A stretch of DNA of 63,159 nt, the filler included, from Chrysochromulina tobinii (lineage: Eukaryota): the NCBI GenBank assembly GCA_001275005.1. It is 11 parts of 11 records of this genome, joined end to end, with 100 filler letters (N's around TTAATTAATTAA, not from the genome) between each part and the next. Parts side by side here need not be neighbours in the genome. Positions count along the whole stretch, not along the records: positions 1 to 8,728 come from JWZX01000055.1; positions 8,829 to 11,219 come from JWZX01000058.1; positions 11,320 to 19,670 come from JWZX01000059.1; 8 more parts are not named here. One strand, 5' to 3'. The position numbers and the translations under genes are program-made. Shown here piece by piece: positions 1-11,419 of this stretch (position 1 is the stretch's first letter; the number at the start of each line of letters is the position of its first letter). Below the pieces are notes generated by a model. That model was given only the letters and a program-made list of their open reading frames with translations. It did not search any database and was not told the origin of the DNA.

Positions 1-1
1 G

Positions 2-1144
2 GGCAAGATCTCGAAGTTCGGCCGAGGCACCAAGTTCACATCCGACCATCTGGATGGCACGGGCGACGACTGCACCACTGGTGCTCTCGTCGGACCGGGA
101 TCCTACTCACCAGTCCGCAACAAGTCGGGCGGCCACGACAGCATCGAACAGGAGGGCGGTTCCCTTATCGATCGCGGCAAGAAGTACAAGATCGAGAACA
201 AGGACGGCGACAAGCTCGCGTTCAACGCGACCGGCCCGCAGCGCGAGCTACCCTTCGAGGCACGCTACGGTGTCGCCTCCAAGAAGATTACGAACACGAA
301 AACCGCTCCCGGCCAGTACGATCCCAAGGTCACCGAGAAGGGCGACGGTCTCGCAGCGAATGCGCACACAACCGAGTCGCACAACGTCAGCGCCAAGAAG
401 GGCACCGCTGCATTCGGCATCAAAGTCGAAGCTCGTCAGTCGTTCGAGCCTGGCAAGGTCCAGCCTGCTGGCTGGGCCGTGCCTGGTACCTTCGACTCGG
501 GCATCTACAACCCGAACGTCAACCGCGAGATCGCCCACGACGCGAAGAAATCCTTCCAGAAGAGCAACCAGGGCGGCCAGGGCAGCTTTGGCAACGTCAG
601 CAAGCGCGATCTCAGGCTCGAGGCTCTGCAGAGCACGACCAAGCCGCTCCGCGCCGGCATGCTCGTCCAAGGCGACGAGACGCCGGCCGGCGCCGCGTAC
701 AATCCACTGCAAAACGAGACGGGCACCGAGTACAGCATGGCTGTCATGTCGTCGGGCGAGAAGATGCAGTCGGCTGCCTTCAAGTCGACGACGAGCCGTC
801 CCGGCTTGGCCGCTCCGCACGCCAAGACCAATCCTGCGCCGAACGCGTACGACGTCAAGTTCGAGACGCAGGACTTCGGCGGCAACAAGGGCAAGATCTC
901 GAAGTTCGGCCGAGGCACCAAGTTCACATCCGACCATCTGGATGGCACGGGCGACGACTGCACCACTGGTGCTCTCATCGGACCTGGATCCTATACACCA
1001 TACCGCAACAAGTCGGGCGATTTTGACACCATCCTGATCAAGGCCGACGTAGAGGTGATCACAGGTGTGGGCACGAACGCAGTCTTCACATCAGGATCGC
1101 TCCGCTCGCCTGTGAAGTCACCAACGTCGGTAATGGCGTGGTGA
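2..1144 (+). CDS. SHIPPO/sperm-tail PG-rich repeat protein (ODF3-like axonemal), 5'-partial
   Basis: The frame of ORF 479..1144 is open back to position 2. Recurrent PGPGxY-like motifs (VGPGSYSP, TAPGQYDP, PAPNAYD, IGPGSYTP) alternate with SAAFKS/FG motifs. There is an internal DNA repeat, 1-~128 versus 889-~1016. Confidence 0.6.
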   Translation, partial: GKISKFGRGTKFTSDHLDGTGDDCTTGALVGPGSYSPVRNKSGGHDSIEQEGGSLIDRGKKYKIENKDGDKLAFNATGPQRELPFEARYGVASKKITNTKTAPGQYDPKVTEKGDGLAANAHTTESHNVSAKKGTAAFGIKVEARQSFEPGKVQPAGWAVPGTFDSGIYNPNVNREIAHDAKKSFQKSNQGGQGSFGNVSKRDLRLEALQSTTKPLRAGMLVQGDETPAGAAYNPLQNETGTEYSMAVMSSGEKMQSAAFKSTTSRPGLAAPHAKTNPAPNAYDVKFETQDFGGNKGKISKFGRGTKFTSDHLDGTGDDCTTGALIGPGSYTPYRNKSGDFDTILIKADVEVITGVGTNAVFTSGSLRSPVKSPTSVMAW

Positions 1145-1734
1145 GCACATGCTGTAAGAGCCTCCTGTGCAAGGGTTCATGCAAAAAGGGGGAGCGTCGC
1201 GCTGGTACATTGTTGCGAGCGATGGGTGCATTCTTCATGGTTCGATGAATGCTACACGTATACGCGGCCTTCGTGACCTCTGGGATTGATGTTCGCGATA
1301 GGGGAGTGTGAATTTGTGCGGCCGTGTTTTGTGAGGGGGTGTATTGTTCTTTGGGTTGGCCGCGCGTGTCTTTGATCGGATGTGGAGAAGTGTCCTCCGA
1401 GCTCCGACAAGCCGAACGGCCGGCGGGTTAATTCTTAATACGGTTTCATGTACGGTTTGCGCCTCCCGGCTCCCGCCTGGCGACCGTGCCATGGTTGCGA
1501 CATGCGGCGTAGAGAGTTGTTTCTCTATCCCTACGAGCTACGTTAGTGACTTCGTAGATACCGTACGCGGAGCGCTAGGTCCTGTGTATGCGATGCGCGG
1601 GGTGGCACAACTAAAAGCGACCCCACTCCTTTGCGGCCCAGGCTGTCGTGTGACGACCAGTTCCGCGCTGATTCCGCGTGGGGCCTCTCCCTCCCATGAT
1701 GGGAACTATGGGATGGCTATGCTAGGCTATGCGC

Positions 1735-3786
1735 TTAGCCGATGCGTCTGCTTTCGATACTCGAGCTACTCTCACCGATCTTCCGGAACTGGTCAATGTA
1801 CCCGTAACGGGTGCATTGGTCGTATGGATCGAGGAAGGAAGGGCCAGTACGGGAGAGTGCTGGGGGGGGCTGTCGATGCTGCCGTCCTGAGCTCGCAGTG
1901 CTGGTGCTAGTCCCATATTGGGGTGCACTAGGGTGCACTACCCCAAAGCATCGATGAGAGCGAGGTCGATGGGGCGCGCAAGGCGGCCACACGAGCAGGT
2001 CGCTCTCTGCGCGGCCTGCCAGCCGGCCTTCCCATGGGATCGCAGCTGGCTCGAGGGTCAGCAGTGGAGCCGATCGGTGCTGTCCAGCCAGGGCGCCATG
2101 CCGGGTGCGACTTGTGGGACGTCGAGTGGTGGTGCAACCCTTTGGGATGAGTGCTTTGGAACCCTTTGGGATGAGTGCTGTGGAACCCTTTGGGATTAAA
2201 GCTGGCTTGTATAGGATAGCATCGAGCAGCTCGTGCGAGGTGTAGGTAGCGCCTATTTGCAAGCCTGGCCGATGCGCTGCTGGAAGGGTGGGGGCTGATC
2301 GTGCAAAGAGAGTACCGGAGTGCTGCCGCCGCTGCTCTTGCAGCCGCTCGGCCTTTGCATCTTTTGCCTGTGATGATCGTGCAGCCGCCGATACCTGCGC
2401 CCCCATTTCCGGCTCGAGCCTTCGCTGCTGCTTACGCACCTGCTGCGCCAGGACCGCCTCGTGCTCTCGCATGCCGGCTTCGGAGGAGGCAGGCCGAAGG
2501 TTCTTCAGGAGGTTATCGCACGTGCCGCAGGAGAGATCTGGATGCGGGACTGGGAGGACACGTGGCTGCGAGCAGGGGGGGCTAGGTTGCACCGGCGTGG
2601 GAGGACGCACCGGTCCTGGTCCCTGTACCCTCACCGGGACCGGTCGTTGACGAAGCTGCGGGCTGCTCCGCTGCTGCAATGCCGAAGCTTCGTATCGGGG
2701 CGTCGAGGCACGAGTATCCTGAGCTTCGTATTGTTGACAACTAGAGGGCTCATCATTGGCTGCACCCGGTGCGCAGCGAGCTTCGGTATCCGCCTGCTCG
2801 CTGACTGGACTATCTCGCTGACGATCTCGCTGACGATCTCGCTGACTATGTCGTTGACTGTCGACAAGTCTGCTCACTCTGGGCAGCCGAGCTAACATAA
2901 GCAACGAGCGCAGATGTGCGCGCTGACCAGGCTCAGGACTCGGCGGGGCGGCGGCGTACAGCTCGAGGGAGGCGGAATCGGCCACCGCTGTGAGGGTTGG
3001 CGCTTCAGAAAGTGCAGGCACTGCCTGGCCCAGACTTGCGTTGGTGCACTCGTCTTCACAGGCGCAGCTAGTCCGCATCACGCCGTAACAGCTCCGTGCC
3101 ACGCCGTCACACTTGCCAGCTGTGGCATCCTGACTCAACCCCGCCGCTACGGAGGCTCCCACCCACATTGCAGCGTGCTCCATAATGCCGCGTGTCATGT
3201 CGTCCACAACCACCCAAACTTCCGCATCTTCCCAGGCGCAGCCTTCATTTCCGCGTAAAGACCGCATCACTTCGTCACAGCTCCGTACCACGTCGTCGCA
3301 CTCGCTAGCCGTGGCCTCCAGACTTGACCACGCCGCTACGGCGGCGTCGGCCGCTACGGCGGTACCTGCCCACATTGCTGCGTCCTCCACAAAAATCATG
3401 TCGTCCACAATGCTGCGCACCGCATGTCGTAAATCCAGGTGTTTCATTGTACATGTAGCAAAACTGTCAAAAACTTCGAACAGGCCACGCCTAGAATGCA
3501 TGCAAAAAGTGCCGTTGCATGGAGCACGGTCACGAAGTGTCGTTGACTGCGGCCTCGACAAGCCGATCGAGAGCCCTGATGGAAGCTTCGAGGGGACGAC
3601 GACCCGAGGCTCGACGCAGCAGCTCGAGCGCGCCGACCGGCGGGGGGTGCGTCGCGGCCCCGGAGCCGCGGCATGGACCGCGGACGGCTTCGAGGGCGGC
3701 CGATTCCATCGGGAGTGGCCGCGTGCTAACGGCATCGCCGTACCCGGAAGCCGCCGCTTTGCGCCGCATGCGGTCCTGCCAAACAC
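1735..3786 (-). CDS. hypothetical protein (true boundaries uncertain)
   Basis: 683-aa ORF with an internal duplication (ECDDVVRSCDEVMRS / KCDGVARSCYGVMRT), a short coiled-coil stretch and ALIPKGS x3. No recognisable domain. Confidence 0.35.
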   Translation of the reverse strand: MFGRTACGAKRRLPGTAMPLARGHSRWNRPPSKPSAVHAAAPGPRRTPRRSARSSCCVEPRVVVPSKLPSGLSIGLSRPQSTTLRDRAPCNGTFCMHSRRGLFEVFDSFATCTMKHLDLRHAVRSIVDDMIFVEDAAMWAGTAVAADAAVAAWSSLEATASECDDVVRSCDEVMRSLRGNEGCAWEDAEVWVVVDDMTRGIMEHAAMWVGASVAAGLSQDATAGKCDGVARSCYGVMRTSCACEDECTNASLGQAVPALSEAPTLTAVADSASLELYAAAPPSPEPGQRAHLRSLLMLARLPRVSRLVDSQRHSQRDRQRDRQRDSPVSEQADTEARCAPGAANDEPSSCQQYEAQDTRASTPRYEASALQQRSSPQLRQRPVPVRVQGPGPVRPPTPVQPSPPCSQPRVLPVPHPDLSCGTCDNLLKNLRPASSEAGMREHEAVLAQQVRKQQRRLEPEMGAQVSAAARSSQAKDAKAERLQEQRRQHSGTLFARSAPTLPAAHRPGLQIGATYTSHELLDAILYKPALIPKGSTALIPKGSKALIPKGCTTTRRPTSRTRHGALAGQHRSAPLLTLEPAAIPWEGRLAGRAESDLLVWPPCAPHRPRSHRCFGVVHPSAPQYGTSTSTASSGRQHRQPPPALSRTGPSFLDPYDQCTRYGYIDQFRKIGESSSSIESRRIG

Positions 3787-4210
3787 CGCACGTTTTCATC
3801 CAGCACCGTGCAGATACACGTAACACACATACAGAGACAATGACCGACAGACGGTGTCACACAGTCAAAGGCCACCCCTTGGTCCCTCCACACGAGGTCC
3901 AGCACCCCGCCTGCGCCCGCTTCGAGTACGTCGCTGGACGGGCATCGCGTATCCCTGATCGCGCTCGCGCGCCCTGTATGCTCACCGCCACTACCGCTCG
4001 GGCACAGCATCGCGCGCCGTCTCGTGCGAGGCGCCAACAACCACTGAGCCCGCTGCATGCTGCCCACCCCTGCGCTGCCACCCTACTTTGCTGCCCGTCG
4101 CGGCAACAAACTCCGTTGCGCGTGCTCGCGCGCGCGCGCTCACGACACGCCGCGCGCGCGACACGCCACTCCCCTCCCGCAAGTGCACAGGACTCAGTGG
4201 TACTCGCGTC

Positions 4211-7200
4211 TCATCCGAGGAACTCGAAGGGCGCAGGAGGCTCAGGCTCCTCCTCATCCGCCGCGCCCCCCCCCGCCGGCTGCAGCGTGGTCGCCGTGAG
4301 AAGATCTTCGGCCTCGGAGGGCGTCGTGTCCTTGAGCAGCACGATGCCCGCCTTGCGCCCCGCCGAGATGGGCACGTAGCGCGAGCCTGGGAGCGCCGTA
4401 ATGAGCCTCTCCTGCGCGCGCAGCACGCGCGCAGGGTTCTCGAGCACCTCATACTCGAGCTTGGGCATCGGGTCTTCCTCTCCTTCCATGAGGGGCAGCT
4501 TGTGCGCGAACGCGGCCATGAGCGTCGCGGTGCTGATGACGCCCTCTGAGTGCACCTCGACCAGCGCGGCGTACAGCGCGGAGAGCGCGGGCTTGTCCGC
4601 ATCGTCCGTCTCCATCGCGTCGGCCTTCGGCGCGGCGGGCTTCGCCTCCGTCTTGGGCTTCTTACCGTCCTTCGCCTCCTTGGCCTTCGCCTCCTTGTCT
4701 GCCTTCTCGGCCGCCTCCTCGGCCTTGGTCGCGTACGGGCCGAGCACGCGTCGGTATAGGTCCACAGAGAGGACGTGCCTCTTCTTGAGGTCCGCGAGCG
4801 TCGCGAGGGTCGCGTCGCGAGCGGCGAGCATCGCCGCCTTGCGCTTGCCCGCCTCGAGCGCCTTGCGCTCGGCCTCCTTCTCGGCCTCCTTCTCCGCCTC
4901 CTCCTTCTTCTTCTTGCTCGTGGTTGAGAGGACTGCCTTGGCCAACTTGACCTCCTCCTCCTTCGGGGGGGGGCCGCTGGGCGGGTACGCGAATGTCGAG
5001 GGCGCCGCCGTCGACTTGAAGCGCCAGGTGGGCATCTGCAGCGAGGCGTTCACTCCAATCGCGGCCGTTGGAGTGAGCGCGAGGCTCAAAAAGTGCAGCA
5101 GCGGGTGCCAAAACCAAAAGTGGGTGAAGACGGCACAGCCAACGATGGCGGGCATCACCTTGTGCGACGTCTTCGAGAGCAACGAGATTGTGCAGTTTCG
5201 ACCGCCCGCGTCGAGCAGCCCGGTGGCGAGGATGGAGCCAAATTTGGCCATGGTGTCCTCGTGCTTGTCGGCGATCACCTTGGCGAGCAGCTTGCGGTGC
5301 TCGGTCAGCCGCGACGCCTCCGAGTGGTCGGCGTTCTGCATGAGCACCATCGAGGTCCCGATCAGCGCGCCCTGGCGCACGTAGTCGACCGGGTCGGTCA
5401 ACATGGGTTGGAGCAGGTCGAGCGCCTCTTTGAGGGAGGTGCCCGCGCACGAGATACCGACGGCGAGGGTCGCGCCATATCGCACGTGCGGGTTGTAGCT
5501 CTCGGAGAGCAGCTTGACCACCTTCGGGCACTGTGCGGGAGTGCCCGCGAGCACAAAGCCGATCGCGGTGACGGCGGCGCGGCGCACGTCGTCCGACACA
5601 TCCGAGACGGCCACGTGCAGCAGCCGGCGCAGCGCCGAGTTGGAGCCCGAGCACGCGAAGGCGAAGGCGATCGTGTACATGGCGCCGTAGCGAAGGATCG
5701 GGTCCGCATCGTGCAGGAGCGTCGAGACGAGCGCGTCGCTCTCCTCCTCGCGCCCATACATGGTCATGCCGAGCGCGAGCGCGAGGCCGCGGATGATCTT
5801 CTCGTGCTGCGTGTCGTGCGCGTACCCGAGCATCTCCTCGATGGCCTTTTGGTCGCCGCTGCCGAGCATGATCAGTCCCATGCCGATCGCGGCCGCCTCG
5901 CCCGCGACGGCGCTGTCGTTGAAGAGCACGCCCTTGAGCTCGTCGTACAGCTCCTCGTCCTCGGTGGCCATCATCGCGAGCCCCAGACCGAGGGCCGCGC
6001 CGTGCTGCACCACCTCGTTCGAGCCGCCGTTGCGCAGCGCCTCTAGCAGGTACGAGCGGATGGGCGCGCCGTGGTTGGCATGGATGAGCCCGAGCGCATA
6101 GAGCGAGCCACCCTCCGAAAAGGGCGAGGCGGACATGCCCGGCTGCGGCAGATACGGCGCAAGCAGCTGCTTCGCTTGCTTGACGTGTCCCTTGTTGATC
6201 ACGCCGAGGGACGCGGTCGCCGAAAACTTGGCCCAGTTCATGGCGCGCGCGAGCCACTCGAGGTTCTCGCGCAAAAATGTGTCGGAGGTGGTGCCCGCCG
6301 ACATGAGCGCGTGCGCCACGACAATGCCGGAGTGGCAGAGCGCGTGGCGAGCGTCGACCGACTTCTTCATCGTGGTGAGGATGCTGAAGTCGGCGTGGTT
6401 GGCGCGGAAGAGGAATTCGAGCGTCAGCCCAATGGGCACTTCGCCCGACAAGATGGTCAGCAGCAGTGCGCGGTTGGCCACCCGCGCCTTGTCGGCGTCG
6501 CTCTGCTCAGGCTCGGGCGCGGCGCCCTCGGGCGCGGCGGCGGCAGCGTCGGCGGAGGCGTCCGTCTTCGGGCTGAGCAGCTCGAGAAGGTTCGCCAGGA
6601 AGGACTGCGTCGTGTTTTCGACGAGGTCGAAGGCGACCTGGAAGGCCATGAGCAGGTCGTCGCGCGTGCCGCCCAGCAGCCGGTTGAAGATGTCCACCAC
6701 CGCCGCCGCGTCGTTCAAGTGCGCGAGACAGCGCGTGAGGCCGATCGGGTCGGGCGACGCCAGCTGGTTGTACACCGTGGTGCACATGGCGAGCACCTTC
6801 TTTCGAAAGGGTCGCGAGCTGAGCGCGGTGGTCGCGAGGGTGAAGGTGTACGAGAGCATCGCGCTCGTCGACTCCTCGTGCTCCGCCGCGCCCGGCGCCA
6901 CGTCGCACAGCCGCATCACACGCTCCATGATGTCGAGACGGCGTGCCTCGAGGGCGATGCCCATGACCGACTGGTAGTGGCACCGCCCGATGGACGACTC
7001 GACCATGCGCTCGACGAGCTCGCTCAGCCGGCGGTCGATGACAACCTCGGGCTCGGTCGACGCCTCACCCGCCTCAGCCTTGATCTGCTGCTCCGAGCGC
7101 GACACGTGCTGGGCGCAGTACTCGTCAATCGCCTTGGCCAGCAGCGTCTCGACGTACTCGGAGCGCTCGTCGACGTTGAAGAGCTTGCCCGCGCCGAGCG

Positions 7201-7627
7201 CGTAGGTGAGCGCGTCGCCGAGCTCGCCCAGGTAGTAGTACACCTTGCTTGCCACGAGCGCTGCGAGCGCGCGCTGCGGGAAGTCGACGTCCTCGTAGAG
7301 CGACTCTATGTCGGGCAGCGACTCGGAGACTGTACGACGCAGCGGGAGGGAGGGAGGCGGGGCGGCGGCGAGCTAACACGTCAGGCTGAGACGATAGCGG
7401 AGCGGGGGCTGGTGCGATGCTAATCGGCGCGCCAAGTGCGCGCGCGCCGCGCCCGCGGTGCCAGTGCAGAACTCACTCTCAGCCCAGAAGTCGGGCACGA
7501 CGGCGTTGATGTTGGCGAGCGCGTGCGCCTTCAACTGGTTGTCCTCCTCGTCGAGCATGGCGAGGAGGCCCGTCGAGGACGAGAGAAACGATACTGCCGC
7601 CGGCTGCATCACGGCCGTGGCCGCCAT
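4211..7627 (-). CDS. RPN2: 26S proteasome regulatory subunit RPN2/PSMD1; 2 exons (7627-7477, 7329-4211)
   Basis: The N-terminus LSSSTGLLAMLDEE..DFWAE|ISESLPDIESLYED is joined by a GTGAGT..CAG intron at 7476-7330. PC repeats (FLRENLEWLARAMNWAKFSATASLGVI, ESYNPHVRYG) and a C-terminal EPEPPAPFEF are present. Confidence 0.97.
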
Positions 7628-7702
7628 GGCTTCGGCGCGCGCGCGCCGCGTCACAGATCGGTCGACACGCTCGCAGCGGCGCTTGTTTGTAATGAGCTTA
7701 TG

Positions 7703-7741
<39 letters not shown>
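7703..7741. repeat. (AAGC)n microsatellite
   Basis: Perfect tetranucleotide run upstream of RPN2. Confidence 0.95.
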
Positions 7742-8015
7742 TTTGATCCGCCATGGCGACTGCGCTCGCGCCCCTCGCGGCGCCGACCGTCGGAGCGGCG
7801 CGCTAGCGGCGCGCACCCATCGCGCGCGCGCGCGCGCGACCTGGCATCGCGCGCGCGCTGCCGCCCTCGTCGCCTGCGCCCTCGCCTGCGCCCTCGCCGC
7901 CGCGTCACCGTGTGCATGCTGCATGCCATCACTGTGTCCAAGATGTCATTCCATCGTGCATGCCACTCTGTGCGCGTGTGTGTACGCTCGCATCTCGCAT
8001 GCGTGCATGTGCTTG

Positions 8016-8088
8016 GAGAGAGAGAGAGAGTGAGAGAGAGAAGGAGAGAGAGAGAGACGAGAGAACGATGAGACGAGAGAGAGGAGAG
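8016..8088. repeat. (GA)n-rich microsatellite
   Basis: Imperfect GA run. Confidence 0.9.
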
Positions 8089-8164
8089 CGCGCAATCATA
8101 GGCATGGCAAGCAGCCGATTCCAGGCGCAAGCTCAACAACAGCGGCAAGATGATAAACGACCGG

Positions 8165-8728
8165 ACGGGGCACGCGAGGCATGAGGGTCCGGTACTGCCC
8201 CCTTCGGGGAGCGTGAGCTGAACTCAACTGCGCGCGGGCCTCCGACCACGAGCACCTCGGCCGAAGCTCATCGACTACAGCGAGGCGGAGCCCCTCGGCG
8301 GTCTTCTGCTGCGGCGTTCCCTGACCTGCGCGTGGTGCGGAGGGGGCATAGCTCTTTCCCACCAGCGCGCGGGCAGCAGTACTGTATCCGCGGGAGGCAC
8401 CGCCCACGCGCGAGGAGCCTGTGTGCTCGGAGCGCGTGGACCGGAGAACCGCGGCAGGCTGGGCCGGGACGTCGAGCGGGGGCTTGCCTGAGCGCGAGGG
8501 GTGAGGTGGCGCAAGCCGAAACCCCTCGCGACACTACGGTGTGGAGCGCGCGCCGAGCCAACCTCCCGGCATCTTTTTGATTCCCATCGTTCCTGAGTCG
8601 AGCGGATGGCCGCTCCTCTCTTCGGTCGGACCACTGCACCCTGCCTACCGGCGAGTTGCATCACAGTGGGCCTTTGACATCGCGGGGGGCTCGAAACCAG
8701 CTTATCCACCCGGGCCTGCGTTCCTCCG
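8165..8728. mobile_element. interspersed repeat family, copy 1 (second copy at ~54030-54845)
   Basis: 8172-8415 matches 54040-54365 in the same orientation, and ~8446-8725 matches 54583-54842 inverted. The copies lie on different contigs. Confidence 0.75.
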
Positions 8729-8828
8729 NNNNNNNNNNNNNNNNNNNNNNNNNNNNNNNNNNNNNNNNNNNNTTAATTAATTAANNNNNNNNNNNNNNNN
8801 NNNNNNNNNNNNNNNNNNNNNNNNNNNN
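8729..8828. other. artificial contig linker N44-TTAATTAATTAA-N44 (also 11220-11319, 19671-19770, 27713-27812, 36198-36297, 40870-40969, 47244-47343, 48901-49000, 57317-57416, 61249-61348)
   Basis: Identical 100-nt spacer with stops in all six frames, present 10 times. Confidence 0.99.
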
Positions 8829-9033
8829 CGTCAGGTGCTGCAGCGAGCTCAGGAAGATGCATTCGCTTTGGTATTGGCGAGCGTCCACGAGTGGGCAGCG
8901 CACGAGGGGGGTAGGCATGGGCACGTGCGTGTCGAGCAGCCGATTGCATGCGACAAAGTGGCGCGCGGCGTTGGCGCTGAGGCTCTCGAGCATCGCTTCG
9001 TCGTCGATCAGGGGAGCCAGCTGGGCGCTGAGC
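8829..9033 (-). CDS. internal exon of an unknown protein (VLSAQLAPLIDDEAMLESLSANAARHF...), partial
   Basis: A CAG|GTG acceptor follows TGATTGC-type repeats, and the frame is open to the contig end. Confidence 0.5.
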
Positions 9034-9130
9034 ACCTGCCAATCAGGTGCCATCAGGTGCAATCAGATGCAATCGGGTGCAATCAGGGGAGCCAGCTGGG
9101 CGCTGAGCACCTGCCATCAGGTGCGATCAG

Positions 9131-9363
9131 GTTTCGTCACGGAGGCGGAGTGCAGGGTGCAGACGGTCGTCAGAGGCCTTGCGCCGTACGCCGGCGGCTT
9201 CGCGCAGGCACGCTGATGACCTCTGATGACCTCTGATTACCCCTGATTACCTCTGATTACCGCCGTACGCCGACGGCTTCGCGCAGGTCGGCAACGACGG
9301 CGTCCTCCGTCTCTGGGCGCTCAACACGGCGCTCGCAGCTTGCGCGCCGCGTCTCGGGTGCAG
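9131..9363 (+). CDS. two exons of a WD40-repeat-like fragment (...VVRGLAPYAGGFAQ|VGNDGVLRLW...)
   Basis: Removing GC-AG intron 9208-9286 gives a WD40-like G-x-D-G-x-L-R-L-W motif. The next donor is GTGCGC at 9364. Confidence 0.55.
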
Positions 9364-9369
9364 GTGCGC

Positions 9370-9932
9370 TGATGACCACTGATGGCCACTGATAATCACT
9401 GATGACCTCTGATGACATCCGATGACCACCGATGACCTCTGATGACCACTGATGACCTCCGATGACTTCCGATGACCTCCGATGACTTCTGATGACCTCC
9501 GATGACTTACGATGACTTACGATGACTTACGATGACTTACGATGGCCTCTGATGACCTCTGATGACATATGATGACATCTGATGACTTCCGATGACTTCT
9601 GATGACTACCGATGACTTACGATGACCACCGATGACCTCTGATGACCTCTGATGACCTCGGATGACCTCCGATGACCTCCGATGACCTCTGATGACCTCT
9701 GATGATCTCTGATGACCTCCGATGACCTCCGATGACCTCTGATGGCCCCTGATGACTTCCAACGACCACCGATGACATCGGACGACCTCTGATGACCTCT
9801 GATGACCTCTTATGACCTCTGATGACCTCCGATGACCTCCGTTGACTTCCAATGACCTCTGATGACCTCTGATGACCTCTGATGACATCTGATGACCTCT
9901 GATGACCTCCAATGACCACTGATGACCACTCA
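9370..9932 (+). repeat. intronic 10-bp tandem array (TGATGACCTC and variants), ~55 units
   Basis: Directly visible. It begins right after the donor at 9364. Confidence 0.97.
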
Positions 9933-10585
9933 TCACCGTGGCCGCGCTTCGTGTACAGCACGCAATCAGGTGCAATCAGGTTCAATCAGGTGCAATCAGA
10001 TGCAATCGGATGCAATCAAGGGAGCCAGCTGGGCGCGGAGCACCTGCCAATCAGATGCAATCAGGACCGCATCGCTGCACGGGCTACCCGGTTGGCATCA
10101 GGACGCTAAGTTGGGGCCTGTGTGTGGGGCACGTGTTAAACGCGTTTACACGCATCTTAGATAAAATGCGTAAACGCACCTACCCGCGTATACGCACCCC
10201 CCGGGTATACGCACCTACCTGCGTATACGCACCCGACGCTGCGTTTACGCAGGGACGCGACGAACGTCATGTAACCTCCGCTGCCGGACAGAGGGGCTCA
10301 CCAAGCATGAGCACCGGAGCACCGCTGCGGAGTCGGCAGCTCGCTTCGCCACACGTCGGCAGTTCCGTCGCTGTTGACCTCACCTGAGCTATAAGTAGCA
10401 GGTCACCTCTCGAGCACCGTGCTCATGTTCGGGCGCTCCGCTGCGCGCTGCGCCCAACACTCACTGCCAAGCCCCCCCCGCACATGCGCCCTCTCTCTCT
10501 CTCTCGCATGCTCTGCGCATCCGCAAGCGCCCGGGACGGCGTTTCCCTGGGAGCGCAATTCCGCACGCATCGCCCGGGACGGCGC

Positions 10586-11219
10586 TTAGGTATCGGCATG
10601 CTCGCCGTTAGCGGGTACGTAAGGCAAAAAGTCGTCGCCCAACTTGGCCGTGCTCTCGCGGTCTGCGGGTACGTAACTCAAACAGGCGTCGAAACCGAGC
10701 TTGGAAAGCGTGGCCGAATTCGCCATGGGTACGGCGTCAAAGTTGGAGGAGGAGGTTCCACCTGAAAGTGAGGGCTCCGTCGATGCCGAACGTTGGGTCG
10801 CCGAGAGGGCTTGCATGCACGTTTCGAGCCTCTCGAGCACGGTGCTCATGCTCGGGCGGTCCTCTGGGCGCTGCGCCCAACACTCACTGATGAGGGCTAC
10901 GTAATTGGGGGGCAGCGCGATCGTTGGCCGATCCCCCCGAGAGGCGCTGAGGCAGGCTTCTACCCCTGTCATCCCCTCAAAAGCGCGGCGTTGATGCGTA
11001 AGCTCCCAGAGCAAGAGTGCAAAGGCGTAGACATCCGCACGGTCCTCGAAGTTGACGAGCGTGCGGCCCAGGCTGAGGCTGCCGCTGCTGCCACCACTCC
11101 CAGCGCCACGAGCGCGGCTCTCGCGCGCCTGACGTCGCGACACCTCCGCCACCCTCTCGGGCGCAAGATAACGCAGTGTGCCCCCCACTGTGGCCTTGTA
11201 CTCCTTGTTTCGATCCCGC
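10586..11219 (-). CDS. TKL-type protein kinase, C-terminal part (5'-partial)
   Basis: GTLRYLAPE, ADVYAFALLLWEL and LISECWAQRPEDRPSM correspond to subdomains VIII-XI. Confidence 0.9.
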
Positions 11220-11419
11220 NNNNNNNNNNNNNNNNNNNNNNNNNNNNNNNNNNNNNNNNNNNNTTAATTAATTAANNNNNNNNNNNNNNNNNNNNNNNNN
11301 NNNNNNNNNNNNNNNNNNNCAAATATCGCGACACGACACGACATTTTTCAGTCTTCATTTCTGGCAAATGTTGCAAAAACTGTCGCGACATCTATACAAA
11401 GGGCAACTCGTCCCTAACT

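Noticed and set aside
8729..8828. TTAATTAATTAA palindrome repeated ten times
   Set aside because: Artificial concatenation linker. Gene adjacency across it is meaningless.
9370..9932. Possible CRISPR array, telomere or hammerhead (CTGATGA) cluster
   Set aside because: No unique spacers or cas genes, it is internal and follows a splice donor, and no GAAA core or paired stems are visible.
9517..9985. ORFs with repeated SSEVIRGHQR peptide
   Set aside because: Translation of the antisense strand of the 10-nt intronic array.
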